From Eledone cirrhosa (lineage: Eukaryota), in NCBI GenBank assembly GCA_964016885.1, contig OZ024750.1:23622001-23686000 (forward strand): DNA of 64,000 nucleotides. Direction: 5' to 3'. The notes under the pieces are model-generated. The model searched no databases. It saw nothing but the letters and a program-made list of their open reading frames with translations, and was not told where the DNA came from. Both the position numbers and the translations under genes were made by a program. Numbering within the stretch: position 1 is the first letter of the stretch; every line of letters starts with the position of its first letter. Positions 11,981 through 27,675 of the stretch are shown here, in pieces.

Positions 11981-13289
11981 GATTATCAATTGTCTTAACT
12001 TCAATATAAATATCTCTTCAACAAACCAAAGCTATATACATCTCAAGCAAACATTTGAACCCACTCACTAGACCTATACCATACAAAAAAAGTAAAAATC
12101 ACACACATCCTTCAAAAGCCATATCCCAACCCTTCCAGTGAAACAACCACCAACCTTCACCAATTATTGGTATGAGGCGTGACAAATGTCATCAGGCTGC
12201 AGCCATCATATTACATGGTTTCTGTAATAATCTAATAATAATATTTACACTACGATGAAACAATATCATCAGACAGTGTAACATTGACCCTAATGTTTTT
12301 AATTCTGTATTGGAAATAATAATAACTAATTACTGACAACAAATTATAGCATTAAATAATAAGTCAACATATTAAATGAACTGAATTGAATTGGTAATGA
12401 AATGTGGCTGTAGTGGCAGGTGTGTATCACAGGTGAGATAAGTGAACACAAGATCATCGTCCTCATCATCACCATAATTTAACCCTTTAGCATTTAAACC
12501 GGCTGTATCCGGCCATAATTCTCTCACCTCTTTCTGTACAAACCAGCTGTATCTGGCCAGTCATACTTATGTTATGGTATTGTTCTCAAAATAAATAATA
12601 TCAAAGTCTCATAGATTCAACACTATGTGAGATAAAGTGTTTACCGTGAAAATATAACAGTAAATATAAGAGTAATGTAAATGCTATAGGGTTAATCTCT
12701 GTGTGCCATGCTGGTATGGATTAGATGGAACACCACAGTTGGAGACAAGACAGGTCAGAGAACAATATCTTGCTCATATGGTCTATAGTTGGCATGGTTT
12801 CTATGGCTGGATTATCATCTTGATGCCAACAACTTTACAGAATAAATTGGATGCATTTTATCTTGCCACCAGCTTTACAATTTTATAAAGTGTTCTGGAT
12901 GCATTTTACTGTGACACTAGCACTAACATTTTGCAACATGTACTGGGTGTATTTTATTGTGCCACCAACCTTACAGAATGTATTGGGTGTATTTTATCAT
13001 AGAACCAGCACTAGCACTTTGCAGAGTGTACCAAGTGTATTTTAGGCACCAGCACTAGAGAGGTTGTCATGTACCCAACAAGACATATTACATTGGATTT
13101 ATTTACACCTGAGATAATGAGAGGTGAAATCAGTCATGTAATGTCACACAGGTGAGATAAGTAATCACTAGTTCCCTACCACTCCAGAGTAACAAGGCTT
13201 GCCCTAACTCTAACCTTAGCTATAAACAATGAATATTTAAACTCTACTTCAGTACTCAATCTCACATCTGTCAATAATACACTATAATG

Positions 13290-13663
13290 GACTATTGACA
13301 AAGAGACTTGACGGATGTTACACAATGATGCTGAGAATGGCTCTCAACATTTCTTGGAAACAGAAGCTGACAAATAAAGAACTATACAGATCACTACCAC
13401 CAGTCTCAAAAAAAGTTGCCTGCTGATGAATGAAACTGGCTGGGCACTGCATCCGTCATCCAAAAGAGATAGCATCACAACTTATGCTCTGGAAACCGGC
13501 AGTCGGACGAAGAAGCATGGGAAGACAGGCCGTCTCATTCATTGATACCCTGTTGAGAGATGCCAACATTGATAACATCGACGAACTGAGAAATGTCATG
13601 CTCGACCGGGACGATTGGAGAAAGCGTGCTGAATCTTTACGTGTGTAAACTTGGCCGAAGAAG
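13290..13663 (+). mobile_element. RTE-clade LINE 3' fragment, degenerate
   Basis: MLRMALNISWKQKLTNKELY...KLAGHCIRHPKEIASQLMLWKP..GR...MLDRDDWRK; short GAA tail. Confidence 0.8.
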
Positions 13664-13691
<28 letters not shown>

Positions 13692-13695
<4 letters not shown>

Positions 13696-13918
13696 ATCGA
13701 TGGGTGAAGAAGTGCCAGAAAATGCCAGTGGATGGAAGCCACAGTTGAGTTAGACCAAGAAAGACCTGGGCAGAGATCGTGAGAGCTGACTTCAAATTGC
13801 TGAGACTCACAGAGGAGATGATGAAGAAAGGTGGCAAGTGGAGAGATGGTGTTGAAAAAGACCTGTCCAACCCATGCAAGCCTGGAAAGACGAACGTAAA
13901 AACAATGATGATGATGAT
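13692..13918 (+). mobile_element. RTE LINE 3' end (same family as 52473), (GAT)n tail
   Basis: [15 protein letters not shown]...RPRKTWAE; ends ccaacccatgcaagcctggaaagacgaacgtaaaaacaatgatgatg. Confidence 0.85.
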
Positions 13919-16309
13919 ATGCATGTGTGTGTGTGTGTGTGTCCATTCCTGTATTTGCGTTTATGTTACTGATTATGTCCTGTAATTTAGAAGTTTGACA
14001 AAAAGAGATTGATAGAATAAGTACCAGACTTGTAAAAATAATATATAAACCAAGGTCGATATGATTGACTAAGGTGGTGCCCCAGCATGGTTGCAGTTTA
14101 ATGACTGAAACCAGTACACAGGTACAAGAATATATTTCATTAGAAATATGCTAATGAAAATGTTAATGTGGTTATTTGTTGTTGGTGATGGACCTCTGTT
14201 GGTTCCAACAGTTTCAGTTATTTGATGAATGCAAAAGCCTGCTCATGAAATTAACATGCCTAAGCATTCTATTGATACATGCACCCATAGCATAATTCTC
14301 AGGGAGATCCAGCATAACAGTGTATGACTAGGCTGGCCCTTGAATTACAGGTACATCTATTTTTGCCATTTGAGTGGACTGGAGTCGCCTAAATTAAAGT
14401 GTCTTGCTCAAGGATACAACACACCAGTGGGAATCAAACTCACAATATTACAATCATAAGCCAAACACTCTAACCACTAGCCACCATTATATATTAAAGA
14501 AATATATTGTTGTGATAACCTTGTTAGTAGGGATCAATGATTAGAAATCTCCTTTAGACTAAGTAGAATTGATATTTGTGCCAAGGGGTCTTTGTGATAT
14601 GAAGATAATTCTACATCTGACTCTACAGCAATTTAATGCTATAAAATCAAACACTGACCCAGTGCCAACGCATTTCATGATTGCCAACTGGTCAAGGTTG
14701 GTCGTTTTTTCTGCCAATTAATTTTTTTTTATTGATTTTTCAGAAGCTAGAATCATATATTGTTTTGTTATTGTTACAGGTGAGTAGATTTAACTGGCCT
14801 CATATAAGTTTGCATCTCTTGTGAAGTTTCTTGAGTATTTTAATAAGAACTTCAGTCCTATCACAAAGAAAACCACTCAAACCTATGTAGGTTTAGCCTA
14901 GCCAACCTACTACAATGTTGCATATCATTGGAGGTTTCGTGGGTGTTTTAATTATAGGGACACCCTACTATGAAAAGACTTCCCTCTGAGCCATATACCA
15001 GTCTATTGCATTGGTTAAAACCCAGTTGCTACAGCTGGTACTTCTTTTTCTTTTATGAGGTAAGTGGACTGGAGCAGTGTAAAATGAAACATCTTTCTCA
15101 AGGACACAACATGCCGTTGAGAATTCAAATGCACAACCTTATGATTTTGAGTCCAACACCCTAACCACTATGTAAAGGAACATTTAGTAAATAACAAAAA
15201 ATAAAAGTGATTGAATACTACATCTTATTTCAGCTGCTCTAAAGATCTGAAGGATCTTATTGGACATGACTGACCATGGGCTAGCACCTGGAAAGCTCCT
15301 CTCCAAAGCACAAACCTGGGCAAGATGTTTTGTGGAAGACCATGCATGCCAGTCTCTCCTCTCCATAACACCAATGTTGTCCAAAAGGCAAAGGCCAATA
15401 CAGTTTGGCAACATTGATGTCAAAACACACATTTTCCAGCTGAGTTGGCTGGAACAATATGAAATGAAGAGTCTTGCTCAAGGACATAGTGTGTCATTCC
15501 ATCCTGAAATCGAAGTCACCACTTTACAACCTGCAGGTGAACTCCTTAAACCATTAGTCTACAGATCTAAGTTATTGTATAATCACAATCATCATTTTTA
15601 CATCTGTTTATTTTTTCTATTCCCTATGCTTGGATGAACTTGGCCTATTTATTGTGTCTATTTAAGAAATCAATATGGGTAAATATGAAGCACATAAAAT
15701 ACATTTATAGCAGTAAGGGGATGTTAGATTGATTCACTATATATATGAAGGCAACAAACAACTAAAGCTGACCTATATGTGCATGTGTGTGTATTTCTAT
15801 GCAGGGTATCCGTAGATACAAGACAAAGGAAAAAATACTCAATCTAGTACAAGAGAGCTTATTTAGTTTATATTAGTGTTTATACACTTAACATGTATGT
15901 GCAACCTTAGGTTTCTGGGTCCAGTTATGGCTACCACTGTATACTGGAGTAATAGTTCTAAAACTGGTTTTGCACCTGATGAGAGAGCTTGGTTTTGGAA
16001 CCGCTACTCCACTGTACAGTGATGGCCATAACTGGACCCTGAAACCTAATGGCACGTATACATGTTAGGTGTGTGAACTTTAACCCTTTAATGTTCAAAC
16101 CGGCTAAAACTGGCCAGAATTCTCTACCTTTTTCTGTTGAAACTGGCCGTAACTGGTCACTCAAACTGATGTTAAGGTATTGTTCTCAAAATAAATACTT
16201 TCAAAATCTCATAGATAATTATGCGAGGTAAAGCCTTTACCATGAAAATATAATAGTATATATAGTATATATAGTATATATAGAGTAATGCTAAAGGGTT
16301 AATATAAGC

Positions 16310-16344
<35 letters not shown>

Positions 16345-16480
16345 GTATGTAGACGCAATGTTACTAGTTAAGACTGAACGTTATTCAACTTAGTACACCA
16401 TACTTAAGGAAAGTAATGTTGATATAAGATAAGATGACCACTGGGCATTCTATCTTATAATAATCTCTCTCTCTCCCTCT

Positions 16481-16545
<65 letters not shown>

Positions 16546-17472
16546 CATACATACACACACACTCAAAAGATGTTAATGATAATGTAAGAGAAAGTAAGCT
16601 CACAAAACACCAACTTTATATATATATATATAGTCAGTAGGCACCTCTTAATCAAATATACACTTCCCTTCCCACTACCCCCAACTCCCCCCACCTCCAT
16701 CAACACCACCCCTTTCCCTGTAAAGTTATGTTGGTACCACAACATCCAGTCCTAAATAAATGAGGTCGTGTAGGTGTCACAACAAAAAAAACACACAGTC
16801 CACGCTGTAATGTGGCCGTGTAGGTAACACGGTAAAAACCTCCCAGTCCACACTGTAAACGTGGTTGGTGTTAGGAAGGGCATCCAGCCGTAGAAAACCT
16901 GCCAGACAGTCCTATACAAGCAAGACAACCAATCTTGCCTCAAGTGGGACAATTCCCGTCTAAACCCATGCTAGCGTGGAAGATAGACGTTAAACGATGA
17001 TGATGATATATATATATATAAGGTGCATTTTTTTAAATTATATTTTTCCATATATAACGCGATCTGTATAGAACATTTTCTAACGTCCACAGTTTTTTCA
17101 CTATATATATATATATATATAATATTTAATATAGAAATGGCTTCTACACGACTAAAACTGATTCATTCAATATTAAATATTGTATATACTCTATTATGTA
17201 TCGAGTACCTTACTTACTGTGGTTACCCCAATTGAAACAGGGATATATATATATATATATATATGGTGAAGGCGTGTGGCTGAGTGGTTAGAGAATTGGA
17301 TTCGCAATCGATTCCTGGACTGGGCAATGTGTTATGTCCTTGAACAAGACTTTTGATTTCATGTTGCTCCTTCTACCTGGATTTGTGACCGACAGTATTA
17401 GCAATTGGAAAGACCAATGGAAACATTGTTTCCTTTGTACAATTTGACAAAAGTCGATCGACTGTCATCGAT

Positions 17473-17509
<37 letters not shown>

Positions 17510-18122
17510 CCTACATATACATTATATATTAGATGTTGAAAAAATGTTATCATGTTGTCTACTCTGTTATATTGTCTCCCGGCAGTCATAAACAAAAGCC
17601 ATAACTCATGCAAACATAGGTTATGGAATGGAAGATGGTGGATGCAAAGGTGATGTTTGTGTGTGTGTTTGTGTGTGCACATATATATATATATATGTTT
17701 TTGTGTCTCTGTGTCTATCTCATTTATTTTTTAACTATATATACATATACACATGTGCATATGTGTGTTTGTACACACACACATATATATATGAGATAGA
17801 CACAGAGACACAAAAACATAGTCTTATTAGGTTCACGTTTGGGAATGAAGTTAAAGAAAAGGGAAGTATATATGTCTCAACATATCAGACATAAGTCCTT
17901 CATCAGGAAAGAGCAAAGTTGGAAGAGAGAGGTGGTTGGAGAAAGAGAGATTGAAAGGTTGAAGAGAAACAAAAAAATGGACGAGGGCAGGTATCTAGTC
18001 CAGTGTGTAGAAGTGGGTGCTGAGATGGAGGGTCCATGTATATCACTGGTACTGTTACGTGTGTGTGCAGTATATATATATATATATATATACATGCACA
18101 CACAAACGCACACATTATATAT

Positions 18123-18313
18123 ATAATTGTTTCTACTTTAGGCACAAGGCCAGCAATTACCCAGTGCATTACTGGTACTTTTATTTTATCGACCCCGTAA
18201 GGATGAAAGGCAAAGTCAACCTCGGCGGGATTTGAACACAGATCGTAAAGGGACGTAACTATGCTGGAAAGCATGGCGTCCAACCCTCCACCGATACTGC
18301 CAATCCACCGCCC
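18123..18313 (-). mobile_element. Full-length young SINE family B copy
   Basis: 13-bp TSD TTATATATATAAT (18115-18127 and 18315-18327); nearly identical to 61133-61322. Confidence 0.9.
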
Positions 18314-18329
18314 TTTATATATATAATGT

Positions 18330-18745
18330 GTGTATAAAGTAGTTGGTGATAGGAAGGGCATCCAGCTCTAGAAAACTTGCCAAACAAAGGGTTGGGAGCA
18401 CCCTTCACTAGTGTCAAGGACCTGACAGCCTCCCTAGTGTTGGTGATCTACACAATAAATGCACTCATTACATGCTCCAAATTGGTTGGAGATAGGAAGG
18501 GCATCCAGTTGTAAAAAGCTTGCCAAAAAGAGGGGCTGGAAGGATCCTCCAGTTGTGTCAAAGACATGACAACCTCCCCTGTGCACTCAGTAGAATGTAA
18601 GACCGTATGTAAGCGAGATGCAGATCCCCTGGCTTGTCTGTCTGGAGGGGTCAGTAGCCCCACTTCAGTACTGACTAGGTCTATGTAAACCTGTCCAACC
18701 CTTGGTTGGGAAGGTGGACATTAAACAATGAGGATGATGATGATG
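18330..18745 (+). mobile_element. RTE-tailed SINE-like element with two ~143-bp internal units
   Basis: Reverse complement aligns with 37283-37760; ends in an RTE-type tail and (GAT)n. Confidence 0.75.
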
Positions 18746-19538
18746 TGTGTATGTGTACATATATGTGTGTGTGTTTGTGTATAATGTTTGTGTGTGTATA
18801 TGTGTATATATATATATGTGTGTGTATATATATGTGTGCATGTACATATATATATATTATATATATATATATGTGTGTGTGTGTATATATATATGTGTGC
18901 GTGTACATATATATATATATATATAAATGTGTGTGTGTGTGTGTTTGTATATATATATATGTGTGTGTGTGTGTGTAAAAATCAATCCACAACTACAACT
19001 TTCTTAATGTTTGTTGACGTAACCAAATATGACATATTCCATTAGTAAAACAACAATGGGTTATGTACTCGTTTAATACAATACAATAGCTGTTGTTGAA
19101 AGATTAATAACAATAAATTGTAACAACTACTCACGTGACAACATATCCCATTAATCAACCAAAGATATACAGGAATGGTTAAATAATTTAACATCAGCTA
19201 ACAGATGAGGACATGAGCAGAATTTGGCTGTTTGGTTTATATGTAATCCTCATAGATTGCTTCAAAGGTGACCCCATGATAGACTCAAAGTCTTTCATGG
19301 AGCCCCATAAGACTAATCCCTGCTTTAGCAAGGCAAAAATGGCCTTAAAAAACTTGCTGTTGTTGCTGCATCATAGTTGTTGCGTTGAAAATAATAAACA
19401 TTTTTTCATCAACACTAACTAATACAGAGTGTATGGTCTCTCCAATTATTATGCAGTATAATTAATATATATATACACAACTATATATATATAAATATAT
19501 ATATATATGTATATATATATGTACACAACACTATATGC

Positions 19539-19596
<58 letters not shown>

Positions 19597-20316
19597 CCAC
19601 GACTGGATGGTATACGCCTCAAATATGATGTATATATTATTTCATAATAAATATATATATATAAACAGAAATGTGTTTATAGAGTTCACACTTGTTTATC
19701 TCCTAGCTGCCTCATAACACATCTTCTCAGCTTACTAAGTATGGGAGGCCAGGACCTAATTAAATGATATACACAAATGAGGATAAGATTAACTTTAGCT
19801 ATAAGAGATTTTTTTTTAGGCCAGATAATACCAGATTCATTCACTCTCTAAAATACTGACACTTTCCTTAAAACAACTCATTTATCATTCATTCTTTTTT
19901 TTTTCTTTTATGGGGCTTTCACTCATTAGGCTACAAGCAGGCTTGTACACCACCTTAACCTTTTAGCATTTAAATTACTCTATATTTACTACTATATTTT
20001 CACACTCATAATTATCTCACATAATATCGAATCTATGAGATTTTGATATTATTTATTTTGAGAAGAATTCCTTAACATCAGTATGAGCAGCTGGATACAG
20101 CCGGTTTTAACAGAAAGAGGTGAGAGAATTCTGGTCGGATACAACCAGTTTAAATGCTAAAGGGTTAAAGAGATTTAGTTGATGATGTCACCCCCCAGCC
20201 AGTACTTATTGCATAAGTCTGGTACTTATTTTATTGATCTCATTTTGTCAAACCACTAAGCTATGAGACACAAACACAGATACAAACATAAACATAGACA
20301 AATACACACAGACACC

Positions 20317-20651
20317 ATCATCATCATCATCATTATTTTACGTCCACTTTTCCCTGCTTGCAAGGGTGGGACGGGAACTGATTCTGGCTTGATTTCTACA
20401 GCTGGATGCCCTTCCTAACACCAACCTCATTTACAGTGAGTGCTGGGTGCTTTTTGCCGTGGCACCTCCACGACCACTTTGCAGTGGAATGATATGAACC
20501 CCAGTCCCTATCATCTCATTTCTACAGCTGAGTAAACTGGAGCAATGTGAAGTAAAGTGTCTTGCTCAAGGAAACAACACATCACCCGGTCTGAGAATTG
20601 AACTCACAACCTTTCGATTGCAAGGCTAATGCTCTAACCACTAAGCCATGT
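20317..20651 (-). mobile_element. tRNA-CORE SINE family A with RTE-derived tail, full length
   Basis: A box TGGCTTAGTGG, B box GAGTTCAATTC, CORE-like ccttgagcaagacactttacttcacattgctccagttt, tail cccgtcccacccttgcaagcagggaaaagtggacgtaaaat..(gat)n. Confidence 0.88.
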
Positions 20652-20697
20652 ATATATGTGTGTGTGTGTGTGTGTGTATATATCTATGTGTGTATAC

Positions 20698-20912
20698 AAG
20701 GAAGAAATAGCAGGTGATGTGTTGTTATGGAGTCCATCTCATGGAGCAAGAAACGCTGGTCGTCCCAAGAAGACATACGTCAAGCAACTTGAGGACGATA
20801 CTGGATGCACTGCGGAAGAACTGGCAAACGCTATGAGAGACAGAGATGGATGGAGGAAACGTGTCGTAGAAAGCCGAGCAAGCTCGACCTGATGATGATG
20901 ATGATGATGATG
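20698..20912 (+). mobile_element. RTE LINE 3' end (third family), (TGA)n tail
   Basis: KEEIAGDVLLWSPSHGARNAGRPKKTYVKQLEDDTG...AMRDRDGWRKRV; the stop codon runs into the tail. Confidence 0.85.
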
Positions 20913-21074
20913 TGTATATAAGCAAGATGTGAAGCTCCTGCCTCGGTCCGTCTGGGAGGTTGGTAGCTCCACATCAGTACAGACTCAGTCTAGGAAAACC
21001 CGGTCAACTCTTGCTATCCAGGAAAGTGAGTGGACGTTAAATGATGATGATGATGGTGTGTGTGTATGTGTGTG

Positions 21075-21136
<62 letters not shown>

Positions 21137-21379
21137 TATATAGTTGTCCCCCAGTATTTGTGGGAGTTACAGTCCTAGAGCACCCACAAAGAGTGAAAAA
21201 CCGCAATATTGGACGTGGTCCATAAATATGCCTATAAACGTCAAAACATAATGTAAAATATAGGCCAGAAAGTACGGTATATTGTTATTAATAATTTAGC
21301 ATTAAGCATGAAAAAATATATATTGCCACGAAAAAGACTCCCTCAATAGCTTGTCTTCTTTTTTTTTTTATTAAGGCAT

Positions 21380-21830
21380 GGGGTCTCAAAGACTACACAT
21401 TTCAATGTGTCCTGCCATTCTTATAATATTAGAGTATGATTTGAGGGAGATTTGGCTGTTATCTTTAGAAAGTTGAGCTACTGCATAATGATTTCTCCAA
21501 TGATGTTACTTTATTTTTTTTAAGTTTAATGTATCTAGGACTACAATATCCAATGTTCCTCCATTGTTATCAAAATGGCAAGGTGAGATTTGGTTGCTAT
21601 TTCTAGTAGGTCAAGAGACCACATAGAGGCTCCCTCAATATCTTTTTTTTAGAATAGTATATCTAAGACTACATTATCTAATTTGTCCAGCCATTGTTTA
21701 AATGAGGCCATGTTATTTGAGAGACATTTGGCTACTATTTCTACCAGGGCAAGTGACCACATAGAGGCTTCTGCATTGGCTTGTCTTTTGAGACACAGTG
21801 TATCTAGGGCTACATTATCTAATGTGACCT
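21380..21830. repeat. 3-4 diverged ~130-bp tandem units (gactacattatctaatg...gatttggctgctatttctag..ggtcaagtgaccacatagaggct)
   Basis: Motifs recur at about 21390, 21538, 21667 and 21808. Confidence 0.65.
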
Positions 21831-22989
21831 AAGAACTGACTGCTTCAATTTCTAGTTCTTGCCAATGCTGACTGAACTCTTAACATCTTGCAATGATTTA
21901 GCAGTAAATATCTAAAAACTGATTCATTAATTCAAATGTTTATAGTATTGTTACTACTAGACAGATCATTGTAAAAATTTGCAGTATTAGAGTAAAGGCT
22001 TCGCTTTTTTATGTGATGTAGTCATAGTGCTATTTTGTACTTTTTCAAGAATAACTTACTAATGTCGTTTTATGTGAGACAGAATGTTAAAAGTTAAATA
22101 TGATACTATGGGGAGGAAATTGTCCAGAAACATCAGAAATATAAGTGAATCTGTAAAAAACGTTTCAAACACCAATCGATATATCTGTACAGTATCGGTG
22201 TAGCCAAGTCTTTTGACTGGCTGATTCTCAAAATAATTCATTTCAGACATTATACAGAGAAAAATGGTTAGTAATATAGTCAGTTTAAACATCAATAATC
22301 TTGACCTTTCTCCAATAATGGAAGCAATCACTGTATCCTTGTTATGGGTGGAGGAAGAGGAGTAGAAGACTTAGCAGGAAATTGGCTCCATCATCTAATC
22401 ATCAACTACACTAACATCATCATCATCATCATCAGAGACAGTAAATTGTTAAAGCAGTAAAGTGGTACAGTGATCCGGCTCTTTTGACTCTGGGTTCAAA
22501 TCCTGCTGAGGTCAACTTTGCCTTTCATCCTTTTGGCGATCAATATCTGCAGTACTAGTTAAGGATAAGTGATTGATGGAATTTTTAGAGAATTGTATTT
22601 GTTCTTGCTCTTTGTATTCTGGGTTCAATCCCACTGAGGTCAATGTTGCCTTTCATTGTTTCAAGAATCAATAATTAAAGCACTAGTTAAGGACAAGGGA
22701 ATGGTGAAATCTTTTGATAATTGAACTAGATGCCTCTTTTGTGGTGGTATTTGTTCTGGCTCCTTGCATTGAGGGTTCAAATCCCAGTGGTTGACTTGGA
22801 TGGTAGACTTTATACTTAATCTCTTTAGATTTAGTAACAATCAAACATGTATAGATGTGACAATTAGAAGATATAGAGGACACGATGAAGGAATGCAATA
22901 AGTGGAGGGAATCTGTGCAGGAGAAGACCTGTCCAATCCATGTAAGAATGAAAAGAAAAAAAACGATGTAAAATGATGATGAAGACAAA

Positions 22990-23840
22990 ACAATCAAATA
23001 TGTACAGATGACACGGTTAAAGATGTACGTGTATGACAATTGTACAGCTGTGACAAAGATGTACAGATGTAACAAAAATATACAAATATGGCAAGATGTA
23101 CTGATGATAGAGTTAAAGATGTGTACAGAAACGACCATTAAAAGATGCACAGATGTAGCAAAGATACAGTTACAGATGTTTAGATGTGGCAGTAACAGAT
23201 ATACAGAGGTGGCAGTGAAACACATACAAATATAACAAAGATGTACAATGTGTTCCATTTTTAGCAAGGTTTCTACAACTAGATTTCCTTCCTAACACCA
23301 ACCACTTACAAAGTGTAGGTGCAAAAAGTAAAGGTGTAGAGATGTGGGAATTAAAGATGTAAACATGTGGCAATTGAAAATTGTACAGATGTAACAGATG
23401 CGACTACTACAAATGCTATAGATAAAAGCTGTAAAGATGTGATGCATATAAAGATGTAGACAATAAAGTTATGATATGACAAATAAGAGATGTACATGTA
23501 TGATACATAAACATTTACAGCTAAAGATGTGACAAATATAAATGTTACAGATGTGATAATAAAGCTATACAGATGTGATGTATATAAAGATGTAGAAATG
23601 TGACAAAGTTATGACATAACATGGAAAAGATGTACAGATGTGACAGTTAAAAATGTACGGATGTAACAGCTAAAAATGTTACAGATGTGGCAATAAAGCT
23701 GTACAAATGTGATGCATAATGGGGGAGAGTGATGAGAATAAATTCTTAAGTGACATCAAAGAAAAGATGTACATTATGTGATACATAAAAATCTCCAGCT
23801 AAAGATGTACAGATGTGACAGTTAAAAGTGTACACATATT
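22990..23840. repeat. Old degenerate ~23-bp minisatellite (aaagatgtacagatgtgacagtt)
   Basis: Recurring gatgtacagatgtg motif, interrupted by a SINE fragment near 23250-23320. Confidence 0.75.
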
Positions 23841-25496
23841 TTCGACACAAGATTCATGAAAAAAAAAGTTACAATTTAAGCATGACTAAATAAATTGCTG
23901 GGGTTGGTTCTAAAATGCTAAAAAAATAAAGGAAAGAAAAAGAGCCAATTTTCAGATCGTTTCAAGAAACAATGTTTCCATTGATCTTTCCATTACTGAT
24001 GCAATGTTACTGGTCGCAACTACTAGCAGAAGGAGGCGAAATTTGAACTCAGAAAACATAGAATTGAATCAGATACCACAATGAATCCCATCCGACTCTT
24101 TAACAATTTGCAAATCCACTGCCCTTGGACTAGTACTTTATTTATCAACCCTGAAAGGATGAAAGGCAAAGTTGACTTCAGTGGGATTTGAGCTCAAAAC
24201 ACATTAAGCCATAACAAATACTCAGGCATTAAATCCAACACACTAAGGCCTTTGGCAAGTGTTATATAGTGGCCCCTTTTGGTAATGACTGACCATGGGT
24301 TTGCACATGCCAGGGTTAGGTGTTTTTGTGGAAGTTCAGCTGTCACCCATGTATATCAGCCTCCCCTCTCCATTCCACTGAAGTTGTCCAAGGGAAAAGT
24401 AAAAGCTGATATAGCTTTGGATCAGTTTCATCATAACTCATACATACACAATATATACACCATATATGATGTTGTTCAAGGGAAAAGCAAAAGCTAATGA
24501 TGCTTGATACGAGCATTGTTACAACTCATTTTTTTTTTTTAGCTATGACACAATTCACTGCTGGTCAGGGAATTGAATAAATATATTATTATTATATTTA
24601 TGAAGATGTACAGTTAATGAATATTGAATATTCTTTAGTTTGTTCTAGTCATCACAGCTAAGGCCACACTGGAGTTATTTTAGATTACATCTCTTTTAAG
24701 TGATGTGGAAATGGGATTGAACTGTGAATATATCTGTTTTAAACAGTGTTGTGCAGATATGTTGTGCAAATAGTAGAGCTTATAGGAAATTGAACCTATA
24801 ATTCTATTATTGACACTTTCGTGTGTTCTCTGTTCTATCAGAATCCCTTTGACAATACTTATAATATAAGGAAAGGAGTTGATCATCAGATCAGAACAAA
24901 GAAACTATGTCACCATTGATGACGTGCAGTACTCTACTGCCAGCACCACACTCCATTTCCTTTCCTTTGAAAAAGGTATCTTAACCATGAAATATAAACT
25001 AAAAGTGTAAACTGCTGTTTTGTTTTATTTTGTTTTCCTTACTTTACATTACTCTAGTTTTCACTCTTGTATTATAGGCAGTGAATTGGCAGAGTAGTTA
25101 GAACATCAGATAGAACACTTTGCAGTATTCACTCTGACTCGCTGCACACTTGAGTTCAAATCCCACCAGAGCCAACTTTGTCATTCATCTTTTCAAGTAC
25201 CAGTCCCATATTCTCGCTCTCTCCCTCTCTGAAGAAACTGACTATGTTCCAACCTGAAGAGGGATGGCCTCCACCTACAACTCCGCTGGGAGTTAAGAGA
25301 GCATGGATGGATGAATGTTTTTTTCTGATTTGCATTGTACCAACTTTCCCCCAAAACAATCATAACCACATATCTTGCAATGCTTCAGAGAAAACTAAAT
25401 ACGCAATACACAATGAGTGGGTGTGTGTATTATGAAACTGGTACACACACAAAGAAATATATATATATGTATCATCATCATCATCATCATCATGAT

Positions 25497-27675
25497 GCGT
25501 ATATATATACATATATACATATATATACATATATATACATATATACATATACATATATATACACATATATATATACATATATACATATATATATACATAT
25601 ATATACATATATATACATATATATATATACATACATATATATACATATATATATATACATACATATACATATATATATATACATACATATACATATATAT
25701 ATATACATACATATACATATACATACATATATATACATATATATATATACATACATATACATATACATACATATATATACATATATATATATACATACAT
25801 ATATATACATATATATATATACATACATACATACGCATACATACATACATATACATATATATACATATACATATACATATACATATATATATATATACAT
25901 ACATACACATATATATATATACATACATACACATACATACATACATATACATATATATATATACATACATATATATATACATACATACACATACATACAT
26001 ACATATACATATACATACATATATATATATATACATACATTACATATATATATATATGTATACAAACATATACATATATATGCATACATACATATGCATA
26101 TATACATACATATGCATATATACATATACATATACATATATACATACATATACATATATACAAACATGTACATATATATATATACAAACACATACATATA
26201 TATATATATATACACATACATACATATACATACATACATACACATACATACATATATATACATATACATATACATATGCATATATACATATACATATGCA
26301 TATATACATATACATATGCATATATACATACATATATATATATACATATACATATACATACATATACATATACATACATATATATACATATATATATATA
26401 CATACATATATATACATATATATATATACATACATATACATATATATATATACATACATATACATATATATATATACATACATATACATATACATACATA
26501 TATATACATATATATATATACATACATATACATATACATACATATATATACATATATATATATACATACATATATATACATATATATATATACATACATA
26601 CATACGCATACATACATACATATACATATATATACATATACATATACATATACATATATATATATATACATACATACACATATATATATATACATACATA
26701 CACATACATACATACATATACATATATATATATACATACATATATATATACATACATACACATACATACATACATATACATATACATACATATATATATA
26801 TATACATACATTACATATATATATATATGTATACAAACATATACATATATATGCATACATACATATGCATATATACATACATATGCATATATACATATAC
26901 ATATACATATATACATACATATACATATATACAAACATGTACATATATATATATACAAACACATACATATATATATATATATACACATACATACATATAC
27001 ATACATACATACACATACATACATATATATACATATACATATACATATGCATATATACATATACATATGCATATATACATATACATATGCATATATACAT
27101 ACATATATATATATATACATATACATATACATACATATACATATACATACATATATATACATATATATATATACATACATATATATACATATATATATAT
27201 ACATACATATACATATATATATATACATACATATACATATATATATATACATACATATACATATACATACATATATATACATATATATATATACATACAT
27301 ATACATATACATACATATATATACATATATATATATACATACATATATATACATATATATATATACATACATACATACGCATACATACATACATATACAT
27401 ATATATACATATACATATACATATACATATATATATATATACATACATACACATATATATATATACATACATACACATACATACATACATATACATATAT
27501 ATATATACATACATATATATATACATACATACACATACATACATACATATACATATACATACATATATATATATATACATACATACATACATACACATAC
27601 ATACATACATACATAAACATATGCATATATACATACATACATATACACATATACACATATATATATATATATAAA
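25497..27675. repeat. 2.2-kb compound (TA)/(TACA) microsatellite with 771-bp internal duplication
   Basis: Rare interruptions (cattaca, aaacatgtac, tacgcata) recur at about 771-bp spacing. Confidence 0.95.

Noticed and set aside
20580-20651. tRNA gene
   Set aside because: A/B boxes belong to SINE heads followed by CORE and LINE tails; no full cloverleaf is evident.
22059-22331. Possible extra RABGAP1 exon (AG at ~22332, GTAAGT at ~22059)
   Set aside because: Would enter in phase 1 and exit in phase 2 at a stop; no recognisable homology; the flanking exons already join in frame. RNA-seq could still show a poison exon.
24680-24976. Unique-looking segment with plus-strand AG/GT signals
   Set aside because: Stops in the candidate frames I translated; no support for coding.
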